Assembly: GCA_036268875.1 (NCBI GenBank)
Contig: DATATI010000091.1
Coordinates: 13,513-77,512, forward strand
Origin: Polyangia bacterium
GTDB taxonomy: Bacteria > Myxococcota_A > Polyangia > Fen-1088
Reading direction: 5' to 3'
DNA length: 64,000 nucleotides
This document shows positions 30,967-40,049 of the stretch, piece by piece. Position 1 is the first letter of the stretch. Each line of letters opens with the position of its first letter. The notes beneath the pieces are model-generated. The model was not told the DNA's origin. It searched no databases and saw only the letters and a program-made list of their open reading frames with translations. Made by a program: the position numbers and the translations under genes.

Positions 30967-32249
30967 AACGAAACCGCCGCGGACCCGATCGCGACGACAC
31001 CTTTGCCCCGTCACCCAAGCCCGTTCGCCAGCGCCGGGCGTTTTCCACGCTGGGCGGGCCGATCGAGCTCGGCGGCGCCAGCGCCGAGGCACGCCTGCTG
31101 GGAAGATTGCTGGACGTCGATCCCGGTTTGGCGCGCGCGCTGACCCACGGCTTTCACAGCTATGCCGGGCGCATGCACCCGTCGATCGCCCGCGGCGCCG
31201 TCGACGCTTTCAGCGCGGTGGGCGACACGGTGGTCGATCCGTTCTGCGGCAGCGGCACCGTGCTGGTCGAGGCGATGGGTCTCGGCCGGCGCGCGCTGGG
31301 CGTCGACGCCAGCCCCCTCGGCGTGGCCATCGCCGGCGTGCGCACCACCACCCTGGGTGAGGACGGCCGGGCGAAGCTGCAAGAGGAGGCGGTGCGCATC
31401 GCCGAGTCGTCGGGCGAGCAAGCGCGCAAACGCCAGCGGCCCGCCATGCCGGCCTGGTCGCAAAACGAGCTGTCGCGTTTTCACCCGCACGTTCTGCTGG
31501 AGCTTTTGGGCCTGCGCGCGCTGGTGATGGAGACCGACGCCGACGATGACGTGGGCCGCGCCTTGCGCCTGTGCCTGTCGTCGATCCTGGTCAAGTTCAT
31601 GAAGGCCGGCCCCGAGGCTCCGCGCGACGGCGAGACCAAGCGCATCGCCCGCGGGGTGCCGTCGCGCATGTTCGCCGATCGCGCGGCCGAGCTGGCGCAG
31701 GGCCTGGCCGCGCTGGAGCGGCGCACGCCGCCAGGGACGCCGGTGGCGCAGGCGCGCCTCGGGGACGCGCGCGATCTGTCCGCGATCAAACGCGGCTCCG
31801 TCAAGCTGGTGGTGTCGTCGCCGCCTTACGCCGGCACCTACGATTACGCCGCCCAGCACGACGTGCGGTTCACCTGGCTGGATCTGCCGCGCAAGCTGTT
31901 CCGAAAGACTCAGCTGGGCGCGCGCCACGCCAGCCTGGGCGCCGATCCCGACGCCTGGCGCGCCGGCCAGAAACAGTGGATCGCCGAGGTGGCGCGCGTG
32001 CTGGCGCCGGGCGGTCACGCCTTGTTGGTGGTGGGCGACGGCGTGGTGGGCGTGGAGGCCGAAGACGCGCCCGACGCCGTGGCCAGCGCCGCCGCGCCGG
32101 TGGGCCTCGAGCCGCTGGCGCGCGCCTCGCAGACGCGGCCGGTGATCGACAACCGTCTGCAGGCGATCTTCGCCAGCCGCCCGCGCCGCGAGCACTTGTT
32201 GCTGCTGCGTCGGTCGGGCGGCCGCGACGGCGTATCGTCGTCGCCCTGA
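30963..32249 (+). CDS. SAM-dependent amino-methyltransferase (UPF0020 / N6-adenine-N4-cytosine-like); ATGA overlap with ATPase gene (alt start 30954)
   Basis: Motif I VVDPFCGSGTVLVEA, motif IV VVSSPPYAGTYDY. Confidence 0.8.
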   Translation: MKRNRRGPDRDDTFAPSPKPVRQRRAFSTLGGPIELGGASAEARLLGRLLDVDPGLARALTHGFHSYAGRMHPSIARGAVDAFSAVGDTVVDPFCGSGTVLVEAMGLGRRALGVDASPLGVAIAGVRTTTLGEDGRAKLQEEAVRIAESSGEQARKRQRPAMPAWSQNELSRFHPHVLLELLGLRALVMETDADDDVGRALRLCLSSILVKFMKAGPEAPRDGETKRIARGVPSRMFADRAAELAQGLAALERRTPPGTPVAQARLGDARDLSAIKRGSVKLVVSSPPYAGTYDYAAQHDVRFTWLDLPRKLFRKTQLGARHASLGADPDAWRAGQKQWIAEVARVLAPGGHALLVVGDGVVGVEAEDAPDAVASAAAPVGLEPLARASQTRPVIDNRLQAIFASRPRREHLLLLRRSGGRDGVSSSP

Positions 32250-32292
32250 CACGGCAGCGGCATTCGCCTGCCTCCGTGATACCGTCCGCGCC

Positions 32293-32523
32293 ATGGCCAA
32301 ATCACCATGTCCGCTTTCGAAGACGCAATTTCTCGAAAAGGCCGAGTCGGTGAAGATCACCATCGGCAACACGGAGATCGTCGCTGACAAGCGCGAGTTC
32401 TCCACCGGGTCCTTCGGTTGGTACTACAACGGCAAGACCACCGTCACCGTCGACGGCAAACCGCTGTCGGTGCAGGTTGGATTGAACCTGACCGTGGTGG
32501 GCAGCAAGGAAGCAGAAAGGTAG
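32293..32523 (+). CDS. Small (76 aa) Lys-rich hypothetical protein, predicted all-beta, lower GC
   Basis: Clean ORF with decent codon bias in an otherwise intergenic gap. Confidence 0.45.
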   Translation: MAKSPCPLSKTQFLEKAESVKITIGNTEIVADKREFSTGSFGWYYNGKTTVTVDGKPLSVQVGLNLTVVGSKEAER

Positions 32524-32669
32524 AGCGGAAGGGGCCTCGCTCCTCCTGGAAAAGCAGAGTTTTGAAACGATCGTGACGCCGAGAGCAGGGCGGGCTTTCC
32601 GCTTTTCAGGGTTGCGCGTGGGGACTATGGTGCGCACTCGCATCTGACACTCGGCCTAGGAGATCTGTC

Positions 32670-34862
32670 ATGTCTTCACTTGGACTCTGCGTTTCGTCGA
32701 AGGCTGCCCGCGCGTGGTTGGCGGTTTTGGTTTCGTCTTCATTGATTGGGATCGGCTGCGGCGGATCGTCGGGCAATCCCACCGACGGCGCGGTCGACCG
32801 GGTGAAAGACGGCGGCGGCAGCGGCGGCGCTGATGCACGCGGCAGCGGCGGCAGCGGCGGTGGAACCGGCGGCGGGTTCGGCAGCGGCGGCGCGTCCGGG
32901 ACCGGCGGCGGATTCGGCAGCGGCGGCGCGTCCGGGACCGGCGGCGCCAGCGTCGACGCGCCCGTCGACCACGCCGATGCCACCCTCGACATGCCGGCGA
33001 TGGATGCGGTGAAGCCGGTCGACGTTTCGGTCGATCACGGGCCGGATATGGCCATGGACACCACCGTTCCCAAGGACGTGGCGGCCGATGTGCCGCGCGA
33101 CGTTCCGGTGGACATGCCGCCTCGTTGCGCCGCCGGCGCGGCCTGCACGCTGCGCGGGGCGCCGGCCATCTGCAAGGCCAACGCCTGCGCTGCTTGCGTC
33201 GACACCACCGACGACGGCGCCTGCGTGACGGCGTACGGCGCGGCCCACGTCTGCGTGCGCGCCCGTTGCATTTCTGGCGATTGCCACACCTCGGCCACCT
33301 GCACGGCGGGCGAGATCTGCGGCGCCCGCACGGCCAACACCTGCGGCGCGTGCACGTCGGACGCGCAGTGCCGCAACGACACGCGCTATGGTTCGGCGTT
33401 CGTTTGCTTCACCACGCCGGGACAGGCCAACACCGGCAAGTGCGTGGCGGCGATGTGCACCGGCGCCGGCGTCGCCTGCGGCGCCAACAGCAGCGACGTC
33501 TGTTGCAACGCCAGCTGCGTGACCGGCAACTGCTGCACCGACGACGACTGCCGCAACAACCCCAAGTTCGGAGCCGGCTTTGCTTGCGGCACCAACCACA
33601 CCTGCTCGCGCTGCGACGGCGTCACCGGCAATCACTACTTCGTTGATCCCGCCGGCGGCAACGATTCCACCGCCACGGGCAGCGGACAGAGCGCCAATGC
33701 CGCCGTCCCCAGTTGCAGCTTCAAGACCATCACCCGCGCCCTGCAGATCATCGGCAACAACGCGCCCGTCGGCACCACCGTCACGGTGGTGGGAAAGACT
33801 GGCGCGACCACCAGCTTGCAGACGGCGGCGGGCCCGGCTGGCTCGCCGGCGCCGGAAGATCTGCCGATCACCGTCGGGACCAACGTGAAGATCACCACCT
33901 CGGGTGGCGCGATCTCGCTGGTGCTGCCGGCGGGAGCGGACGGATTCAAGCTGGCCGGCAACGGCGCCTCGCTGACACCGACGGCGACGGCGGCGCTGAT
34001 CATCGACGGATCGACCAGCACGTCAGGCTCGGGGATCGTGGTCGCGCCGGGCGCGGCGGGCACGGTCTCGATCAGCGACCTCACGGTGCAGAACACCGGC
34101 GATGACGGCATCACCATCAGCGAAGGCACCCTGAACATCGGCGCCGGCGTGGTGGTCAAGGGCGTCGGCTTGCCGTCGGAAACCGGGCGGCGCAGCGGCC
34201 TCAACGTCGCCGGCGGCACGGTGAAGATCGCCGTGCCGAACGGTCAGACGCAGACGTCGTTCAACGCGAACACGGAGAACGGCATCCGCGTCACCGTTTT
34301 GGGCACGCTGACCATCAACGGCGTCGCCACCGGCGAGGGCACGGTGGTGGCCAAGTCGAACACGCTGGCCAACATCTTCATCAATCACACCCCGGGGGCG
34401 GCGCCCGCGGTCAGCAGCATCGACGGCGTCATCGCCACCGGCAGCACCAACGGCGACGGCGGCTTCCAGATCCTGGGCGGGTCACGCGTGAAGCTCAGAA
34501 ACAGCATGGTGCTGGGCAACGCCAAGGCGGGCGTGGCCATCGGCGCGGCGGACGCCACGGCGGCGGGCAGCGCCTTGGCGGGGATCGATCTCGGCACGGC
34601 GCAGGATCCGGGGCGGAACGTGTTGCAGGCGGCGTTGGGGTCGAACTCGAACACCGGCGCAGGGCTGTGTGTTCAGCTTGACGCTGATGCCGGCAACCAG
34701 ACCCTAGCCGCCGCCGGCAACACCTTCGCCGGTCCGCGCGACTGCGCCGCCGTCGCGCCCGGGGCCATCACCAAAGGCATGGACTGCGGCGCCCGCGTCG
34801 ATGAGGCCGTGGTGCCGGCCACCGGAACCACCGTCACTGTCACAATCAGCAACTGCCAGTAA
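32670..34862 (+). CDS. Lipoprotein with Gly-rich linker, Cys-rich domain and right-handed parallel beta-helix (pectate-lyase-like) domain
   Basis: Lipobox LIGIGC; AGGAG SD; beta-helix rungs ..GDDGITISEGTLNIGAGVVV.. Confidence 0.7.
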   Translation: MSSLGLCVSSKAARAWLAVLVSSSLIGIGCGGSSGNPTDGAVDRVKDGGGSGGADARGSGGSGGGTGGGFGSGGASGTGGGFGSGGASGTGGASVDAPVDHADATLDMPAMDAVKPVDVSVDHGPDMAMDTTVPKDVAADVPRDVPVDMPPRCAAGAACTLRGAPAICKANACAACVDTTDDGACVTAYGAAHVCVRARCISGDCHTSATCTAGEICGARTANTCGACTSDAQCRNDTRYGSAFVCFTTPGQANTGKCVAAMCTGAGVACGANSSDVCCNASCVTGNCCTDDDCRNNPKFGAGFACGTNHTCSRCDGVTGNHYFVDPAGGNDSTATGSGQSANAAVPSCSFKTITRALQIIGNNAPVGTTVTVVGKTGATTSLQTAAGPAGSPAPEDLPITVGTNVKITTSGGAISLVLPAGADGFKLAGNGASLTPTATAALIIDGSTSTSGSGIVVAPGAAGTVSISDLTVQNTGDDGITISEGTLNIGAGVVVKGVGLPSETGRRSGLNVAGGTVKIAVPNGQTQTSFNANTENGIRVTVLGTLTINGVATGEGTVVAKSNTLANIFINHTPGAAPAVSSIDGVIATGSTNGDGGFQILGGSRVKLRNSMVLGNAKAGVAIGAADATAAGSALAGIDLGTAQDPGRNVLQAALGSNSNTGAGLCVQLDADAGNQTLAAAGNTFAGPRDCAAVAPGAITKGMDCGARVDEAVVPATGTTVTVTISNCQ
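32865..32948 (+). repeat. Tandem 36-bp duplication (x2.3) encoding TGGGFGSGGASG in Gly-rich linker
   Basis: Units 32865-32900 and 32901-32936 differ at one base. Confidence 0.7.
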
Positions 34863-34928
34863 CGGGCGTTTCGGCTCGTTCACCGCCGTTTGTTTTCGTC
34901 CGTCCATCCGTCGCGCTAACCTAAACGT

Positions 34929-36344
34929 GTGACGGTCACGGACGCCCGCGGCGACGACGGCGAGACGGAGCTCGGGCGCCAGCTCGCCACGCTGGCGCTG
35001 TCATGTGTGCGGCCCTCGGGATCGATGGAGGCCATCGCGGCGGTGTCGTGGTGGAACATGCTGGCGCGCCTGGGACTGCAGCTGCCGCTGGTGGTGGTGC
35101 ACGACCTCGGCTTGTTGCTGTCGCGCGGCCGGGAAGGGCGAGGGCGCGAGGTGGTGCGCCCCCCGGGCGCCGCGGCGGTGGTGGGGCGGTACCACGCGCT
35201 GCTGACGACGGTGGCCGCGTCGGAGATCATCGACGAACTCGGGGCGGCGCCGCTGCACGACGACGCGGTGGCGGTGATCCTGGCGCGGGTCCTGGGCGAC
35301 GTGTACCTGCGCTGGCCGGCGCGGCCGCGCCTGGGGCCGCGCAGCGACATCGATCAATTGCCGTCGGCGTCGCCGCTTTACGACCGCGACCGGGCGGCAC
35401 CCGGCGGCGAACGGGATGCCGGGTGGGCACTGCCGTTTCTGCAGCGGCTGTGCGATCTGGAACGGCCGGTGCTGGCCCGCTTTGATCAGATTGATGCGGC
35501 GGCGCTGCGCCTTCTGGGGTTGTTCTCCGTCGACGCCGGGCTGGCCGACCTGGCCGATCTCTACCAGTTGGTGGCTACGCCGGGCACCGCCGACGTGGTG
35601 GATTTTTCACTGCAACTGCTGCCGTCCCTGCTGGAGACCAAGCGGCGGCCGGCGGCGCAGCGGTTCTCCATCGACGGTTACGCGTCGGTCGAACGGCGCG
35701 GCAGCCTGGACGCGCTTTTGCCCGGAGAGCTGGCCCACGACGACGACAGCTTCGCCCTGAAGGCGCTGTCCGACGATCTGCTGTTTTACGGCCACGAGCG
35801 CCAGCAAGAGACCGGACGCAAGCTGCACTATGTGCTGGTCGACGCCAGCGCATCGATGCGCGGGACGCGGCAGGTCTTCGCCCGCGGGCTGGCCCTGGCC
35901 CTGTGCAAGAAAGTTTCGCTGATGGGCGGCGAGGTGTGGGTGCGCTTCTTCGACAGCCGCCTTTATGATCGACTGGACATCGGCGGCGCCGGCCGCCGCG
36001 ATCTGCCGCGGTTTCTGTGCTTTCGTTCCGAACGCGGGCGCAATTACACCCGGGTGTTCTCCGACCTGGCGGTCGAGGTGACGCGGTTGCGGCGCGAGCG
36101 CGGGCGCGACATCGCGCTGACCTTCATCACCCACGCGGAATGCCACATCCCGCTGCCCATCGTCGAAGCGCTGGCGCGCGAGGCGTATCTCTACGGAATC
36201 TTCGTGCAGCCGTCGAAGCCGCTGGAGCTGGAATACCTGCCCAAGCTGCACCGCCATCAGGTGGTCACCGCCGATTCGCTGTCGCGTTCGGCGGACAAGC
36301 GGCGCCGGGCCCTGGACATCGTCGAGGACGCGGCGATCGGCTGA
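34929..36344 (+). CDS. VWA-domain protein, ViaA-like architecture (N-domain + C-terminal VWA with MIDAS VLVDASASM)
   Basis: DxSxS MIDAS at ~aa 305; GTG start; stop overlaps next gene (TGATG). Confidence 0.75.
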   Translation: MTVTDARGDDGETELGRQLATLALSCVRPSGSMEAIAAVSWWNMLARLGLQLPLVVVHDLGLLLSRGREGRGREVVRPPGAAAVVGRYHALLTTVAASEIIDELGAAPLHDDAVAVILARVLGDVYLRWPARPRLGPRSDIDQLPSASPLYDRDRAAPGGERDAGWALPFLQRLCDLERPVLARFDQIDAAALRLLGLFSVDAGLADLADLYQLVATPGTADVVDFSLQLLPSLLETKRRPAAQRFSIDGYASVERRGSLDALLPGELAHDDDSFALKALSDDLLFYGHERQQETGRKLHYVLVDASASMRGTRQVFARGLALALCKKVSLMGGEVWVRFFDSRLYDRLDIGGAGRRDLPRFLCFRSERGRNYTRVFSDLAVEVTRLRRERGRDIALTFITHAECHIPLPIVEALAREAYLYGIFVQPSKPLELEYLPKLHRHQVVTADSLSRSADKRRRALDIVEDAAIG

Positions 36345-38158
36345 TGGCCACGCGCGACGAGATCGACACCAAGGATCGCGCCGACCGAGCGCTGCGCGGC
36401 GGGCGGGCGCGCGAGGCGCTGGGCCTTTACAGCACACTGCTCGGGCGCGTGCAGGTCTTCGAGGCGGGGCTTTACGACAGCTGGCTGGAGGGCGCGCTGG
36501 CGGCGTACCAGGCGCTGCGCCGCGGGCGCGAGGCGGGTTATGTGCTGCTGGCCTTGCGCCGGTTCGCCGAGGCCCAGCGGCATTTTCCCGTCGACGTCTA
36601 CCCGCACGAATGGGCGCTGTGCGCGTCCAAGCTGGGGCGCCACGGCGAGGCGGCGCGCGTGCTCAGCGACGCCGGCCACCCGGCGCTGGCAGCGGTCGAG
36701 CTGGAATCGTCGGGCGCACACACGGCAGCCCGCCTCGAGTGGGAGCGCGTGCTGCGCGATCCGCGCCTGACCGGCCAGCCGTATGAAACCGCGCTGGCGC
36801 ACTTCAACCTGGGAGAGGCCCTGCTGCGCACGTACGAACGTGCCGGCGCCGAGCGCGCGCTGACCATCACCCAGCGCCTGCTGGAAGAGCTGGCCGACGA
36901 GTTCGAGACCCGTGGCGAGCGCGAGCGCGCCTTCGACTGCTACAGCATCCTTTTGCGCCTGGGTCGGGACACCGGATCCTTCGAGAACGTCGCCGAGGGT
37001 TACTTGAACGGCATCCGCATCCTGGCCAGCGACGATCAAAAATTCTATGTCCTGCAGTACTACGAAGACTTTCTGGCCTTCGCGGTCGAACAGAAGGAAT
37101 GGTACGCCGCCGCCACCCTGGCCCGCGAGGCGGCGGATTTCAGCCTGAAAGCCGGGCTGGTCTACGATCGGCATTACCTGCAGCGCGCCGCCACGCTGTG
37201 GGGGGAGACCGCGCGCCACAACGAAGCCAGCGGCGGGCCACCCGAACTGTCGGAGAATGCCTTGCACGCCGGCATCGACGCCGGCACCTCGGCCGGCGAT
37301 CTGTCTTTGTGCGGACGCCTGTACACGCAGCTGGCGGCGTTGCCGCTGACGCCGAAGAAACGCGCCCGCTACCGCCTGCTGGCCCAGCGGTACGGCAGCG
37401 TCACGGTCGAAGCGCCGCCGGCGCCGGCGCTGCCGGAATATCTGCGGCGGTCCGGCGCCTATCAGGACGTCTGGCGGCAGGATCTGATCGAATGGGAGCT
37501 GGACGGCGATCCCAAGTCGGTGCTGGCACGCCTGGTGGTCGATCGCACCGACCACGCGCGCTTCTCGCGTCTGGCATTGCGCGCGCTGTTGCTGTGCGCG
37601 GCCCCCGGCGATGACCAGGCGGCCGACGATCCCGTCGCCATCAGCGAGGTGGCGATGGCCTTGGGCCGCATCCAGGTCTACGAAGTGCTGCGCCCGCTGG
37701 AGCGGCTTTACTTGCACCCCTCGTCGCAGGTGCGCGCCGCCGTGATGGGCGGCGTGGGCCAGGTGTATTGCAAGCGCAGCTTCGTGCTGGTGCGCAAGGG
37801 CCTTGGCGATCCCGCGCCGCTGGTGCAGGACGAAGCCCTGCGCGCCTTGCGCGGCCTGCGTTTCCGCGATGGCTTCGATCCGCTGGTGCGCATCTTCCGC
37901 GAATCCACCGACGAGCGCGTGCGCGTGGCGGCGCTGGAGACCATCGCTGACATCGGTTCGTTGGAAGCCGGCCTTTTCTTGCTGGACGTCATGCGCCATG
38001 AGACCGGCGTCCTGCGCAACACCGCCGAGGCCCGCCTGACCGTCTTCTCGGGCGACGACATCACCGCCACAGTCCGTCAGTACCTGGACCGCGAGACCGG
38101 CGAGCGCCGCGAGAGCCTGCAAGCGATCTTGAAGTCGCTGACCACGTCCAGCGTGTGA
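36344..38158 (+). CDS. TPR/HEAT-repeat protein (PBS-lyase-like HEAT repeats at C-terminus)
   Basis: Start ATG 36344 (MATRDEID) overlapping upstream stop; longer track ORF from 36017 is out-of-context. Confidence 0.6.
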   Translation: MATRDEIDTKDRADRALRGGRAREALGLYSTLLGRVQVFEAGLYDSWLEGALAAYQALRRGREAGYVLLALRRFAEAQRHFPVDVYPHEWALCASKLGRHGEAARVLSDAGHPALAAVELESSGAHTAARLEWERVLRDPRLTGQPYETALAHFNLGEALLRTYERAGAERALTITQRLLEELADEFETRGERERAFDCYSILLRLGRDTGSFENVAEGYLNGIRILASDDQKFYVLQYYEDFLAFAVEQKEWYAAATLAREAADFSLKAGLVYDRHYLQRAATLWGETARHNEASGGPPELSENALHAGIDAGTSAGDLSLCGRLYTQLAALPLTPKKRARYRLLAQRYGSVTVEAPPAPALPEYLRRSGAYQDVWRQDLIEWELDGDPKSVLARLVVDRTDHARFSRLALRALLLCAAPGDDQAADDPVAISEVAMALGRIQVYEVLRPLERLYLHPSSQVRAAVMGGVGQVYCKRSFVLVRKGLGDPAPLVQDEALRALRGLRFRDGFDPLVRIFRESTDERVRVAALETIADIGSLEAGLFLLDVMRHETGVLRNTAEARLTVFSGDDITATVRQYLDRETGERRESLQAILKSLTTSSV

Positions 38159-38169
38159 ACGTTGATCGC

Positions 38170-38481
38170 CTAACGCCGCCGCCGGTAAATCGCCCACGCC
38201 GCCAGCGTTGCGATCATCACGACTGGCACCACCAGCCGCGGCCCTTGGTGAGCGGCGACGTTGCCGCTGACCCACAAAACGCAGAAGAGCGACGCCATCC
38301 CGACCACCAGCCAGCGCAGGTATCGTTGCGATGAAGCCAGTTTTTGCTGTTGTTCCTGGCGCACGCGGCCGAGCTCGGCGCGCACCCAGTCGACGTCGAT
38401 CGGTTCGCCGCGCTGCTGGCGGGCCACCTGTTCGTCCAGGTAGGCCTGGCGGTCGCGGCGATCGTGGTTGCCGGGTGGCAT
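38170..38481 (-). CDS. Small 2-TM membrane protein
   Basis: Two C-terminal hydrophobic helices; downstream of PLD-like gene same strand. Confidence 0.45.
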   Translation of the reverse strand: MPPGNHDRRDRQAYLDEQVARQQRGEPIDVDWVRAELGRVRQEQQQKLASSQRYLRWLVVGMASLFCVLWVSGNVAAHQGPRLVVPVVMIATLAAWAIYRRRR

Positions 38482-38502
38482 CGGCCCATCATAGCGCCAT
38501 CG

Positions 38503-39537
38503 TCAGGGCGGCGCGCCGGCGGCGGCGTCGGCGGCGATCGTCGCGCTGACGCGCGCGGCGGCGGTCGAATCGTCGACGATGATTCCCACCTCGCGGTTGT
38601 GGTCCATCGACGCGGCGGTGAGGTTGACCGAACCGACGTACAGCCGCCGGTGGTCCGCGACGATGGCCTTGGCGTGTACGGCCGGCGCACCAACGGTCCG
38701 CACGCGCACGCCGGCCGCGACCAGCCGGGCCAGCGCCGATTTGGTGGCCGACGATTGATCGGCGGCCGGTGCCACCACCGTGAGCGCCACGCCGGCCGCC
38801 GTCGCGTTGGCCAGCGCAGCGACCACCCCGGCATCGGAGAGTTCTTCCATTTCCACGTCGAGCTGGCTCTGCGCGCCGTCGATCAAGGCCAGCAGTGACG
38901 CCCGCGCGTTCTCCGGCGCGCTCAGCAGGCGCCCGCCGGGCGCCGCCGTCGCTGTGTCGTTCCGATCGGCGGCGATCATTGCCTGCGCCGCGGCGACGTC
39001 GGCGGGTGCTTGGTCCACGACGGCGAACTCCCGGTTGGTGGTCAGTCCGGCGTGGGTGAGGTTGCAGGTCATCAGCACCGCTTCCTGGCCGTCGACGACC
39101 AGCAGCTTGGTGTGGGTCAAGGCGAAGCGCGCGCTCGACCAAACGACGTCGACACCGGCCGCTTGCAAGCGATCGTGCGCGCCGCGGTTGGCGGTCTCGG
39201 CGCCGAAGGGATGAGGCTCTATCACCACCGTGACGGCGCGGCCGGCGGTGGCGGCGTCGACCAGCGCGGCGATCACCTGATCGTCGGTCAGCAGATAGAT
39301 CTCCAGCGCCACTGTGCGGGTGGCGGCCCGAATCAGCGTCGCGATCGGCGGTGGGCCGTCGTCGGGTTGCACCCGCAGCTCGACGGGGAGACCAGACCCA
39401 TTGCCGGCGGCGCCTGAAGTGTCGAATGACGGCGGCGCGCACGACGTTCCCGCGACGGCGAACGCCAACCAGCCGATCGCACCCAAGGCCGGTACAAGCG
39501 CAGCCAACCGCGACGGTGGACGCAGGAAGTGAATCAC
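38503..39537 (-). CDS. Phospholipase D-family protein with two HKD motifs (cardiolipin-synthase-like), secreted/lipoprotein
   Basis: LTHTKLLVVD...N and VHAKAIVAD...N; GTG 39537 preferred over 39681 (upstream part low GC3). Confidence 0.7.
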   Translation of the reverse strand: MIHFLRPPSRLAALVPALGAIGWLAFAVAGTSCAPPSFDTSGAAGNGSGLPVELRVQPDDGPPPIATLIRAATRTVALEIYLLTDDQVIAALVDAATAGRAVTVVIEPHPFGAETANRGAHDRLQAAGVDVVWSSARFALTHTKLLVVDGQEAVLMTCNLTHAGLTTNREFAVVDQAPADVAAAQAMIAADRNDTATAAPGGRLLSAPENARASLLALIDGAQSQLDVEMEELSDAGVVAALANATAAGVALTVVAPAADQSSATKSALARLVAAGVRVRTVGAPAVHAKAIVADHRRLYVGSVNLTAASMDHNREVGIIVDDSTAAARVSATIAADAAAGAPP

Positions 39538-39706
39538 GCCAGTCTCTTCGGCCGCCGCTGCCCGCGGGTTGCGCGCCGGCTGCTTGAAATTGGCGTGATC
39601 ACGGTTTGATCCGCGCTGAATCTCTGCCCCCTTGCCGGCGTTGCGAATCTCCATCGATCGGATAAGGTGATCGACCGTCACGAACCCTGGACTTGACCTT
39701 GCTCCG

Positions 39707-39737
39707 TTCGATTCTTTCGATCGTCCTTCTTTCGATC
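39707..39737. promoter_or_regulatory. Three TTCGAT(C) direct repeats (two full TTCTTTCGATC copies) in low-GC intergenic island
   Basis: Hexamers at 39707, 39716, 39731. Confidence 0.3.
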
Positions 39738-40049
39738 CTTATGCCTCCCTGGGCCCGGATTTTTCCCCATGCAACGAGTCGCCATGGTCGCGGCCGGGCA
39801 ACTGGGGCGCGAGCAGATTGATCTCGTGCCGCTGTCGCAATCGGGATGGTCGCCGCCGCCTTCGACGGCTGAACTGCCCGCGGCGGGGCGAATGAACAGC
39901 GGTGGATCTGCCACGCCGACGGCTGAGGCGGGTCCGGCCGCTTTGTTCGGCCGCCCCACTGCGAAGACAAGGTGCTTCGCCGGAGGCCGCGGCGGCTGGG
40001 CATGCGCCGTCGCGACTGCACGCGCTCGGGTGGGGTCCGGAATCTGTCA

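Noticed and set aside
26792-32249. Classical Type I/II/III restriction-modification or BREX/DISARM assignment for the ATPase-MTase module
   Set aside because: No HsdR/HsdS, PglZ, BrxC, helicase or REase motifs were recognised. The Lon at 6.7 kb is the housekeeping LonA in the clpPX cluster, not BrxL.
31011-32405. 464-aa minus ORF antisense to methyltransferase
   Set aside because: Shadow ORF.
36017-36343. 5' extension of HEAT/TPR ORF overlapping VWA gene
   Set aside because: Out-of-frame overlap; ATG 36344 gives TGATG coupling.
36257-38275. 672-aa minus ORF antisense to HEAT protein
   Set aside because: Shadow ORF.
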